DNA of 64,000 bases, from positions 8,866,001 through 8,930,000 of the forward strand of contig OZ024760.1 in assembly GCA_964016885.1 (NCBI GenBank), read 5' to 3'. This DNA is from Eledone cirrhosa. Taxonomy: Eukaryota. The translations under genes and the position numbers were made by a program. This document shows, piece after piece, positions 52,489 to 64,000 of this stretch (positions within the stretch are counted from its first letter, which is position 1; each line of letters begins with the position of its first letter). A model generated the notes under the pieces. That model searched no databases. It was not told the origin of the DNA and was given only the letters and a program-made list of their open reading frames with translations.

Positions 52489-55400
52489 AGTCTGTGTGTG
52501 TGTATTCTTGTTCTTCTGATTTCATTATCATTATTTTTGGCAGTATCGGTAGAGGGTCGGACGCCATGCTTTGCAACATAGAGTTACGGCCCTTTACGAT
52601 CTGAGTTCAAATCCCGCCGGGGTTAACTTTGCCTTCCATCCTTACGGGGTCGATAAAATAAAGTACCAGTAATGTACTGGGTAATTGCTGGCCTTGTGCC
52701 AAAAGTAGAAACAATTATTTTATAAATGTTTACCAATAGAGAGTCGGTTTATAACATAGTCACAAGACTTTTCCATTGGAATTTAGACAACATTAACTAG
52801 GTGAATATGTATGTATGTCTACATCGCCATGTTTGATATCTTGCTGATAAGCATGCAATTTTTCATCCATGGATTCATTGCAACTTTGCTGTGCAATTTC
52901 CCTGGGTCTGAATGTTTGATTATCATGCCGGGAGTATTTCTCAAGGAGTTCCTTCCCAATTCTCATGATCTTATCTGTCTCACTTAGGCAGACTTGTGTA
53001 GATGTCGGCGGGATATGATGCGACACTCAAATAATGTCTTGACTGATGTTAAGCCTCTGCCTCCCTGTTTACGTTTCAAGTAGAGGCCGTCTATATCACT
53101 GTTGATGTGAAAATTTCCGGTGTTGTTTAGGATTTTTCGGGTTTTAACATCAATTGCTCGGTTTTCATTCATCGTCTAATCGAGTATTCCAATCATTGGT
53201 GTTAGGACAGACACAGCAAAGACATCTTGAACCACTGTTTCACTGTGCGCAGAGATTTCAGCTGACCATATCTTTCTTATTCGGGTGTAATATTACTTGG
53301 TTTACCCGTTCCTTGTTACAAATACCATTATAGGATATATTCCCATCTATCTCCAGGTATCTGCAGCAGACTTCTTCAGATATCGGTGAAACAGTTAGAC
53401 CATTGACAAAAATGCTGCTAATTTGACTTGCAGTTTTTCCCTATTTTACAATCATATATTAACATTTATCCTGGCAAATCTCTATTCCTATATCTCTGGA
53501 GAACGTCGTATCCAGGTCAAGGTTTTTCTTCATTCCATTTATGTTCTTGGTATAGAGCTACAGGTCATCCACAAAGAAATTATGGGCTAGGTTCGTATTT
53601 CTGTCCTCCTGTGAGCTAATGATATATTGAGCAGAAATGGCAATAAATATTATCACAGAGAGACTGTCTCCTTGAAATATACCCCTGACCCTGAAATATT
53701 CAATATCAGTGAAAATAAAGTTTAATACAAAGAAGGACTCTAAGAAGAAGATAAGTTCTCTATGGTTTTGATGATAGTGTCTGGGACTTTAGCAAGTTAT
53801 GGAGCCTCTATCATCCAGGGATGGGAACAGAATCGAATGCTTTCCTGTAATCATATTCCTCCTAATTTGTCGTATCTCTGACACCGAAGTCTTGTTAATT
53901 AGGAGTTGTTCAGCACACCCTCAAATACCTTTCTTCCCAGCTGCTTGTTCATCTGTGATGATGTTATTACTGTCAAAGTGATCTTGGAGGAATAGGTTCA
54001 TGTAGGTTGTATACATCTTATAAATCAGGTCGGTAGTTTTTTGCCAAGTGGGTGTCTTTGTATTTTTGGACCAATATTGTTTATTCTAATGTCAACCACC
54101 CTGTTATATGTGCATCTACATTGAGAGCTTGCTGGTAGAGGTTGATAAGATACATCTGATAGAATGCCTGTTTGTTGTACCAGTAGCCGACAATCAAGTC
54201 TCTTCCTGGTATTTTCTCATCTTGGAGTTTTCCTATCACAGTCTCAAGGGTATCATTAGTGATGCTGTATGTTTTTGTTGTAGTGTAGGGGCAGTAGTTC
54301 TTTTGGATCTGTTTTAGCCACACTGTATCTTGCTTGAATTTCTTCTCTTCACTCCATATTTTTCTCCAGAAGGAATCTATGTCTTTCTGTAACATTTATT
54401 ACTTTGCCCTTCATATCTCTATAGACTGATGTTTGGTTTCGTCTGAATCTGTTATTAATTATGTTTCTTTCAACCACCCTCTTCCGGTATCGAAATTTCT
54501 CGCTGACAGCTCTCAATTCAGTCTGTTTTGAAGCGTTCTGGTTGTAGTTTCCAAACATTGTTTCTATTTTAATTTTCACTCTTTGTTGAGGAGTGAAGCT
54601 TTTTTTGTTTGTTTTTGTTTGCGTCTGGATTGTTACATATCCTAGAGTTTTCTGTGGGTCAGCAATCTTTTGGGTTTTTTTTAATATATATGATGACATT
54701 TTTCTATTTTGCTTTTGTTAACATATTTGTTACCACCAAGATAATGTTTCACTGTCGTTTCCAGAGCATATAAACAGACGTTGATTTGTCAAAATGTAGG
54801 GGTCTTAATTCGTCGTAAATATTCACCCCCAAATTCATCAATAACATGCAGAATTTCATTATTTGGTTTCTTTTTGTTTAGTATTGTTTTATATCGTTCC
54901 ACGAGAGAAATATTTATACGTAAATTAATTTCTCTCTGGAAAGTTTCGCCGAGGGTATATTTCAGTTGTTTATAATTTTAATTTTCCCAGCTAATGGCAG
55001 ACATATTATTGAGTGTTTTGATATCGATCAACGTGACTGCGAAATTCCGTAGCAGTCGAAGTAAAATCAGTTGAGACATATGATGTCAAATTTCTTACCG
55101 ACATAGTTGTTTCAAGTGACTGTTCGTGTATTGCAGTTATTTGTTGATAGACAGCCTGGCTGTTAGAAAGTCAAGTAACATGGCGGTCTGTAACAAGTGT
55201 TGTTGATTGTTGTTCGATCTGGGGAGTGGGGTGTACAATGAATAATGTTCATATTATTTTTACGTTCAACAAACGTTGCTTGTTTGCCCTGCGTAGTGAT
55301 TTAGTTCTGGATGTATTTCGTCCTAGTATAGTTTCTTTCTGTTCATATAAAGAACAGGGAGGATGACTGTTTTTTTTAGGGGTTTTTGGTTTTTTTGCAA

Positions 55401-55566
55401 CTTTATAACGATTAAATAAATAGTTAAGTTCGTAACTCGAAAAGAAATTCAATTTATAATTCTGGTTCCTTCTGTAGCTACAACTAAAGGAATTTTGTTT
55501 ACCTTTCTCGTTGTAGTTTATCTTTGGTACTACATTAATGTTGCTGTTGATGCTGTGTTCCGCCAT
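51853..55566 (-). mobile_element. Near-full-length decayed R4/Dong-like RLE LINE
   Basis: From MAEHS at 55566 through INNRFRRNQTSVYR, FWRKIW, PGRDLIVGYWY, FVDDL, DGLYLKRKQGGRGL, HIVANCERMLSRYYLSMRHNGIAK, to ISCPLD and KICKTFLRF-stop. Interrupted by (TC)n and a SINE. Confidence 0.92.
52538..52717 (+). mobile_element. tRNA-derived SINE inserted in the R4-like LINE
   Basis: Same family as 6589. Confidence 0.9.
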
Positions 55567-55930
55567 GCTGTTTGTAGCAAATCCTGGTAAAATGGATTTA
55601 GTATTCAGTCGGATTTCTCTACAAATTCGAATAAAAGGTGTCTTCAGTGAGGATAGTTAGAAGAATATCCAGTTATTTAACAACACTGGTAGTTGTGGCA
55701 TTACTGTCGGAGATAGTATTCATCTTAAGTTTAATGAAGTCTCCCACGCCAATATGTGCGTCTGGTCGTGTTGAATGTATGTATGTATGAGTGTATGTAT
55801 GTATGTATGTATGTATGTATGTATGTATATATGTGTAAGTATTATGTATGTATACATGTATGTATGTATGTATGCATATATGCATGTATATGTTTGTATG
55901 GATGTACAATATATTACACTCACACACACA

Positions 55931-55978
<48 letters not shown>

Positions 55979-56499
55979 CCAGGCAGGCACATAAATCTTT
56001 CCTGACGAACAGACCAAATTCATGGAGGCATATCTCCGCTGAATGCAATTATAGGGGTCTCTCTCTCTACAAACATATATATACATATATATATATATAT
56101 ATACATATATGTATATATATATAAGTGTGTGTCTGTGTGCGCGTATGAATGTATACAATATACAGAGAATTATGTATTGTTAAACACATACATCGCTATA
56201 TTATAGAAATATGATCTCACATGCATTCATCTATCCATGTTTCTATACAAAATGGGAGTATAATGTTTTAAAGAATGAATGAATTCATATATAAATGTAT
56301 ATATAAGTGCGTGTATGTGTTTGAGTGTATACGCGTGTGTATGGGGTTATATTTAGTTAGTATATATACATATATTGGTATATATATATACACACTTAAC
56401 TGCAACTATTTACGTATATATAAGCCTGTCTGTTTCAATCTCTCTCTCCATCCCTCAATTTCTCCCCCACCCCCTCCTCCTCTCTCTCACACCCACATA

Positions 56500-56561
<62 letters not shown>

Positions 56562-56570
56562 TATGTACAT

Positions 56571-56603
<33 letters not shown>

Positions 56604-56622
56604 CATACATACATATATATGT

Positions 56623-56686
<64 letters not shown>

Positions 56687-56888
56687 TGTGAGTTTGTGTA
56701 TAAATATTTAGTATTATACACACACCAATATACATTAGCAAGTATTATGTGACAAATTGCACATCGGGGTGTGTTGAGGGTGAAATCTTTGCTGATATAT
56801 ATGGGATGTGAACACTGGAGAGACATGTATGAATTATTGCACTCACACACACATACACATGCGTACCCACGCATACACACACACGCAT

Positions 56889-56920
<32 letters not shown>

Positions 56921-56987
56921 TGGCACCTACACACATACGCATCTATATATATACATATATATACATATATATACACACGCACGCATT

Positions 56988-57020
<33 letters not shown>

Positions 57021-57255
57021 TGGCACTTATACACATACGCATCTACATATATATACATATACTTTAATGTAGACACACATATACAGACTGATATGCACGC
57101 ATACGCATATAGACAGGAACAAACACAAACATACCCACGTGTGATGTGCAATGTTTATAAACAAAATACATCTGTATGTTCCATTTGTGGGAGTGAGAGC
57201 AAGTGAAACTGAAAACATTTTCACATCAACAACGAGAACAGGAATAACAATAATA

Positions 57256-57725
57256 ATAATTGTTTCTACTTTAGGCACAAGGCCACCAATTATCTCCAGT
57301 ACATTACTGGTACTTTATTTTATCGACCCCCGTAAGGATGAAAGGCAAAGTCAACCTCGGCGGGATTTGAACTCAGTTCGTAAAGGGACGTAACTCTATG
57401 CTGGAATAACAATAATAATAATAATTGTTTCTACTTTAGGCACAAGGCCAGCAATTATCTCCAGTACATTACTGGTACTTTATTTTATCGACCCCCGTAA
57501 GGATGAAAGGCAAAGTCAACCTCGGCGGGATTTGAACTCAGTTCGTAAAGGGACGTAACTCTATGCTGGAATAACAATAATAATAATAATTGTTTCTACT
57601 TTAGGCACAAGGCCACCAATTATCTCCAGTACATTACTGGTACTTTATTTTATCGACCCCCGTAAGGATGAAAGGCGAAGTCAACCTCGGCTGGATTTGA
57701 ACTCAGACCATAAAGAGCCGTAATA
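57256..57725 (-). mobile_element. Three tandem 5'-truncated SINE copies
   Basis: About 164-bp unit ggaataacaataataataataattgtttctac...ctatgct repeated three times. Confidence 0.9.
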
Positions 57726-57731
57726 ATTGAC

Positions 57732-57775
<44 letters not shown>

Positions 57776-57851
57776 CAGCAGCAGCAGTAGTAGTAGCAGC
57801 AGTAGTAGTAGCAGCAGCAGTAGTAGCAGCAGTAGTAGTAGCAGCAGCAGC

Positions 57852-57885
<34 letters not shown>

Positions 57886-58742
57886 ATAGCAGCAGTAACT
57901 GCAGCATCAGTAGTAGTAGTAGTAGTAGTAGTAGCAGTAGTAACTGCAGCATCAGTAATAGTAGTAGTAGTAGTAGTAGTAGTAGTGGAAGGGAGCAAAA
58001 ATAAAACGAAAAATTGTTCCCCTCCAAAGAAAAAGGAAATTGCGTAACAATTAATGTAAAAATAGGAAGAAAAAAAATGGCGTTGATTTGTAAAAAGTCG
58101 TCCATGTTGGTTGTGTTTTAAATAGCTTAGTTTTATTGGGTAGTTTTGGGGTGTGTTGAGAGCCGTGACACTACTTTTACTGGGTAATGTTGGCTTAATA
58201 TCGTTTGGCAGTGACAGTCTATATATATATGGTTTGTGTATGTGTAGGAGTATGTGTGTGTGTGTGCCTGTATCTGTGTGTGAATGTGTGAATGTGTGTG
58301 TTTGAGTATGTGTGTGTGCGTTGTTTTTGTGTGTCTGTGTGTGTGTGTCTGCGTGTCTGTGTGAATATGTGTGTTTGAGTATGTGCGTGTGCGTTGTTTT
58401 TGTGTGTCTGTGTGTGTGTGAATGTGTGTGTTTGAGTATGTGTGTGTGCGTTGTTTTTGTGTGTCTGTGTGTGTGTGTCTGTGTGAATGAGTGTGTTTGA
58501 GTATGTGTGTGTGCGTTGTTTTTGTGTGTCTCTCTCTCTCTCTCTCTCTGTGAATGTGTGTGTTTGAAAGAAAGAGCGAGAGAGAGAGAGAGAGAGAGAG
58601 GGGGAGAGAGAGAGAGAGGGAGAGAGAGACGAAGAAAGAGAGGGTGAAAGTGTGAAGGAGACTTGAGGGAGAAGGAAGAGAGGATGAGTGAGAAAGTCAG
58701 AGAGAGAGAGGCGTAGAGAGGGAGAAGTGGAAAGAGAGAGAA

Positions 58743-58782
<40 letters not shown>

Positions 58783-58894
58783 GGGTTTGGTCCAGAGTAA
58801 AAGGACTCCTTTAACAACGACAATGGACAACACGAAAGAGGTGGGAGGATACAGGGTTTTATATATATACATACATATATATTTATATTTATAC

Positions 58895-58940
<46 letters not shown>

Positions 58941-59041
58941 TTATTTATTAAAATAACAGATTAAAGTTTAAGCAAAGAATTGCTGCTTTCACCCTTATCA
59001 AGCCCTCTCTGGATTTTAGTCTTCAAATTTATTATTATTAC

Positions 59042-59073
<32 letters not shown>

Positions 59074-59077
59074 TATA

Positions 59078-59500
59078 TGTAGGAGGTGAGTTTTATTGTA
59101 GTACAATAAAGCAATGCAGATATCGGATAAGAAGCACTCTACAGTTTGTAGGACTGGAGTATACATAATATATAAGATCAAAAGATGGTTAAAGGAGTTC
59201 CATGTATTTTATTATGCGCATTTCAAAAACAAACATCATCATGCAATAATATTTGTGTTTTCATCAGATAAAACAGGAGAACATGATATGAAGGCTAAAA
59301 AACACTTGTGGATAGTGCAGTTTTAAATCAACATATGTTGATTTAAAACTGCACTATCCACAAGTGTTTTTTAACCTTCATATCATGTCTTCCTATTTTA
59401 TCTGATGAAAACACAAATATTATTGCATGATGATGTTTGTTTTTGAAATGCGCATAATAAAATACATGGAACTCCTTTAACCATCTTTTGATCTTATATA
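59078..59500. mobile_element. HHR-bearing palindromic element family A, most complete copy (HHRs 59207-59273 minus and 59396-59462 plus)
   Basis: Spacerless palindrome centred at 59334/59335 (caacat|atgttg) with about 165-bp arms. Both arms carry TTTTAT-CTGATGA-...-GAA-ATGCGCAT-A-ATAAAA. The left arm has an extra tail of about 90 bp; (TA)n flanks. Confidence 0.9.
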
Positions 59501-59562
59501 TTATACATATATATATATATACATATATATATATAAATGTAATCTGAGTTTTTCGAATATTA

Positions 59563-59748
59563 ATAATTGTTTCTACTTTAGGCACAAGGCCAGCAAATAC
59601 CCAGTGTATTACTGGTACTTTATTTTATCGACCCCGTAAGGATGAAAGGCAAAGTTAACCTCGGCGGGATTTGAACTCAGATCGTAAAGGGACGTAACTC
59701 TATGCTGGAAAGCATGGCGTCCAACCCTCTACCGATACTGCCAATCCA
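59563..59748 (-). mobile_element. tRNA-derived SINE
   Basis: Reverse complement of the 6589 family; flanking repeat aatattaataat. Confidence 0.9.
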
Positions 59749-59899
59749 ATATTAATAATAACATTCGATTCGTTTGCAATTATGCAAACAAGCCTCAATT
59801 TTATAGCCATGTCGGTAGAATGAACCCTTCATTCTTGCTCTTCTGGTGAAGGGCAGAAGGTTGAATTAAATGCAAGATTTGCTGGTGCAGTAACGCGCT

Positions 59900-60200
59900 G
59901 GTAGGGGTAAAATCTTCAAATCAGTATTCATGCCAACCCTTACCTATGGTAATGAATCTTTGGTAATGAACGAAAAAATACGGTCGTGAATACGAGCGCC
60001 CGAAATGGGGTTCTTCCGAAGGATCTTTGGGGTAACGTTACTTGATAAGGTACGTAGCACGGAGATCAGGGGACCACTCCAGATAGAGCCGCTACTTCTC
60101 CACAGCGGGAGATCAAAGTTCCGATATTATGGACATGGGATTAGAATGTCCGAGGAACAAATCATTAGAAAGATTTTTCAGGAGAGCGCCTACCAATAAA
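59900..60200 (+). mobile_element. RTE-like LINE fragment
   Basis: SVFMPTLTYGNE...EMGFFRRIFGVTLLDKVRSTEIR...RYYGHGIRM. Confidence 0.85.
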
Positions 60201-60227
60201 AGACGCAGATGTGTGTGACGGTGTATG

Positions 60228-60276
<49 letters not shown>

Positions 60277-60319
60277 TGTGACGGTGTATGTATGTGTATA
60301 TATATATCTATCTATCTAT

Positions 60320-60432
60320 CTAAGGCGGGTAAAATTCCCGAGATCCATGGACGAGTTCTCTCCAGCGGTCTCTGTCCCTCATTATCGCTGCCATATCCTG
60401 CATCTCCAACAGACCAGTGTCTATCCTTAGGG
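60320..60432 (-). mobile_element. RTE-like LINE 3' terminal fragment
   Basis: [33 protein letters not shown]; matches 25066-25223. Confidence 0.85.
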
Positions 60433-60614
60433 TATATATATATGTATATATATATATATATAGTGTGTGACAGTGTATGTATATATATATATATATATAT
60501 AGTGTGTGACGGTGTATGTATGTATATATATATATATATAGATATGTATATAGTGTGTGACGGTGTATGTATGTATGTATGTATATATAAATATATAGTG
60601 TGTGACGTTGTATG

Positions 60615-60659
<45 letters not shown>

Positions 60660-60693
60660 TGTGACGGTGTATGTATATATATATATATATATA

Positions 60694-60835
60694 TAGGAAC
60701 CAGTAAGACCCCGACGGCTGAGCTCAAGCCGTTTCGACGGCTAATTCTGGACTCAGAATTACCCACTCTACTACCCCAAGTATTGAGTACTTTAGTGCGT
60801 TATGGTCCACCTGGTTCCTTACCACATTTCCTTCG

Positions 60836-60838
<3 letters not shown>
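60694..60838. mobile_element. Family D element (inverted arm joined to tail)
   Basis: ggaaccagtaagaccccgacggctgagctcaagccgtttcgacggcta, then the plus-strand tail ...gagtactttagtgcgttatgg...ccacatttcc. Confidence 0.8.
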
Positions 60839-60881
<43 letters not shown>

Positions 60882-61392
60882 TGTGACGGTGTATGTATGT
60901 ATATATAAATATATAGTGTGTGTGACGTTGTATGTATATATATATATATATATATATATAGTGTGTGACGGTGTATGTACGTATATATATATATATATAT
61001 ATATAGTGTGTGTGACGTTGTATGTTTGTATATATATAGAAAGAAGAAGAAGAAGAAGAAGAAGAAGAATTCGTGGTAGCAATTTGTTTAATACGATTTA
61101 AGTGAATGAGAGATTCTGTTGAAATTTCACATTAAGCAAATAAACAATATTTGATGGGCATCCGTCGATTACGACGAAGAATATTGCAATGGTGTGACCA
61201 ACGGATCAGCAGGCTTGTGGAATTAACAAACAAGTGGCTGAGCATTCTTCAGATTCGTGTTAACTTAAGGTACTTGTCTGGGAACTGCAGTGTGTAACTG
61301 TGTAACATGGCAAGCTCTTTGAATTACATATTTAACTCATTTTTGCCATCTGCTACTACTACTACTACTGCTGCTACTACTACTACTGCTAC

Positions 61393-63357
61393 AAGGTAAA
61401 GGTTTCATCAGACAGTGGTAAGAGTTAATTTAAGGTAAAGGTTTCATCAGACAGTGGTAAGAGTTAATTTAAGGTAAAGGTTTCATCAGACAGTGGCAAG
61501 AGCTAATTTAAGGTAAAGGTTTCATCAGACAGTGGTAAGAGTTAATTTAAGGTAAAGGTTTCATCAGACAGTGGTAAGAGTTAATTTAAGGTAAAGGTTT
61601 CATCAGACAGTGGTGAGAGTTAATTTAAGGTAAAGGTTTCATCAGACAGTGGTAAGAGCTAATTTAAGGTAAAGGTTTCATCAGACAGTGGTAAGAGTTA
61701 ATTTAAGGTAAAGGTTTCATCAGACAGTGGCAAGAGCTAATTTAAGGTAAAGGTTTCATCAGACAGTGGTAAGAGTTAATTTAAGGTAAAGGTTTCATCA
61801 GACAGTGGTAAGAGTTAATTTAAGGTAAAGGTTTCATCAGACAGTGGTGAGAGTTAATTTAAGGTAAAGGTTTCATCAGACAGTGGTAAGAGCTAATTTA
61901 AGGTAAAGGTTTCATCAGACAGTGGTAAGAGTTAATTTAAGGTAAAGGTTTCATCAGACAGTGGTAAGAGCTAATTTAAGGTAAAGGTTTCATCAGACAG
62001 TGGTAAGAGTTAATTTAAGGTAAAGGTTTCATCAGACAGTGGTAAGAGTTAATTTAAGGTAAAGGTTTCATCAGACAGTGGTAAGAGCTAATTTAAGGTA
62101 AAGGTTTCATCAGACAGTGGTAAGAGTTAATTTAAGGTAAAGGTTTCATCAGACAGTGGTAAGAGTTAATTTAAGGTAAAGGTTTCATCAGACAGTGGTA
62201 AGAGCTAATTTAAGGTAAAGGTTTCATCAGACAGTGGTAAGAGTTAATTTAAGGTAAAGGTTTCATCAGACAGTGGTAAGAGCTAATTTAAGGTAAAAGG
62301 TTTCATCAGACAGTTGGTAAGAGTTAATTTAAGTAAAGGTTTCATCAGACAGTGGTAAGAGTTAATTTAAGGTAAAGGTTTCATCAGACAGTGGTAAGAG
62401 TTAATTTAAGGTAAAGGTTTCATCAGACAGTGGTAAGAGCTAATTTAAGACAAAGATTTCATCAAACAGTGGAACAGCTAATTTAAGACAAAGGTTTCAT
62501 CAAACAGTGGAACAGCTAATTTAAGACAAAGGTTTCATCAGACAGTGGAACAGCTAATTTAAGACAAAGATTTCATCAAACAGTGGTAAGAGCTAATTTA
62601 AGACAAAGGTTTCATCAGACAGTGGTAAGAGCTAATTTAAGACAAAGATTTCATCAAACAGTGGTAAGAGCTAATTTAAGACAAAGGTTTCATCAGACAG
62701 TGGCACAGCTAATTTAAGACAAAGGTTTCATCAGACAGTGGTAAGAGCTAATTTAAGACAAAGGGTTTCATCAGACAGTGGAACAGCTAATTTAAGACAA
62801 AGGTTTCATCAGACAGTGGTGAGAGCTAATTTAAGACAAAGGTTTCATCAGACAGTGGTACGAGCTAATTTAAGACAAAGGTTTCATCAGACAGTGGAAC
62901 AGCTAATTTAAGACAAGGTTTCATCAGACAGTGGTAAGAGCTAATTTAAGACAAAGGTTTCATCAGACAGTGGAACAGCTAATTTAAGACAAAGATTTCA
63001 TCAAACAGTGGTAAGAGCTAATTTAAGACAAAGGTTTCATCAGACAGTGGTAAGAGCTAATTTAAGACAAAGGTTTCATCAGACAGTGGTAAGAGCTAAT
63101 TTAAGACAAAGATTTCATCAGACAGTGGTAAGAGCTAATTTAAGACAAAGGTTTCATCAGACAGTGGTAAGAGCTAATTTAAGACAAAGGTTTCATCAGA
63201 CAGTGGAACAGCTAATTTAAGACAAAGGTTTCATCAGACAGTGGAACAGCTAATTTAAGACAAAGGTTTCATCAGACAGTGGAACAGCTAATTTAAGACA
63301 AAGATTTCATCAAACAGTGGTAAGAGCTAATTTAAGACAAAGGTTTCATCAGACAGT
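61393..63357. repeat. 39-bp tandem satellite, about 50 copies, two sub-arrays
   Basis: aaggtaaaggtttcatcagacagtggtaagagttaattt, switching to aagacaaagg... variants from about 62447. Confidence 0.97.
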
Positions 63358-63636
63358 TGTATTTGATGTTTCTGTTGCGATATAAACTTACGTCAAACAT
63401 GATCACTCCGACCGATGATCACTTTTTGGCATATCACTCTAAAATGGTACAGAATCACATGACTCTGTTTGAAAGACGTGTGTTGTTGTGATTGTTGTTG
63501 TTGTCTTTTAGCCCTAGGTTAACCGCCCACAAATGATCATATGTTTTACCACCACGCCATAGCATCAACGCTCCAGTACTTCAAGTAGCACATTAACGAA
63601 TGTGGCTTTCATTTCCTACAACGTAAGGATAGATGG

Positions 63637-63696
<60 letters not shown>

Positions 63697-63758
63697 GATA
63701 GAGAGAGCTAGTCAGATAGATGGAAAAATAGATAGGTAGATAGAATGATAGATAGATA

Positions 63759-63835
<77 letters not shown>

Positions 63836-63966
63836 CGAGCGAGAAGAGAGAGAGAGAGAGAGAAACGAGCGAGAGAGAGAGAGAGAGAGTATTTGATAGT
63901 GAGAGCTAGTCAGATAGATGGAAAAATAGATAGGTAGATAGTAGATAGAATGATAGATAGATAAAC

Positions 63967-64000
<34 letters not shown>

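Noticed and set aside
61393-63357. 39-bp array as a CRISPR array or tandem ribozyme array
   Set aside because: There are no spacers, and it lacks stem II-GAAA-stem III, so it cannot form a hammerhead.

Overview
Repeat-saturated animal DNA with no recognisable host protein-coding gene. Nearly all long ORFs in the track are translations of microsatellites or tandem repeats. The microsatellite density and dominant tRNA-derived SINE suggest an octopus or other coleoid cephalopod (inference). Decayed transposons are recognisable: a mariner transposase, two R4/Dong-like RLE LINEs, several RTE 3' ends, a CRE-like RLE endonuclease fragment, an internally deleted Helitron, and roughly 15 full or partial copies of one SINE. 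The main unexplained signal is non-coding: about 18 minimal type-I hammerhead ribozyme (HHR) motifs, intact or degenerate (stem I-CUGANGA-stem II-GAA-palindromic stem III-UH-stem I). Many lie in short non-coding fold-back elements inserted in (TA)n microsatellites. These form at least four unrelated families sharing one architecture (short inverted arm plus long arm with a 3' tail). One family has five copies with the same fold-back point, pointing to a non-autonomous Penelope-like or retrozyme-like mobile RNA system. All folds were read by eye and none was computed or tested.
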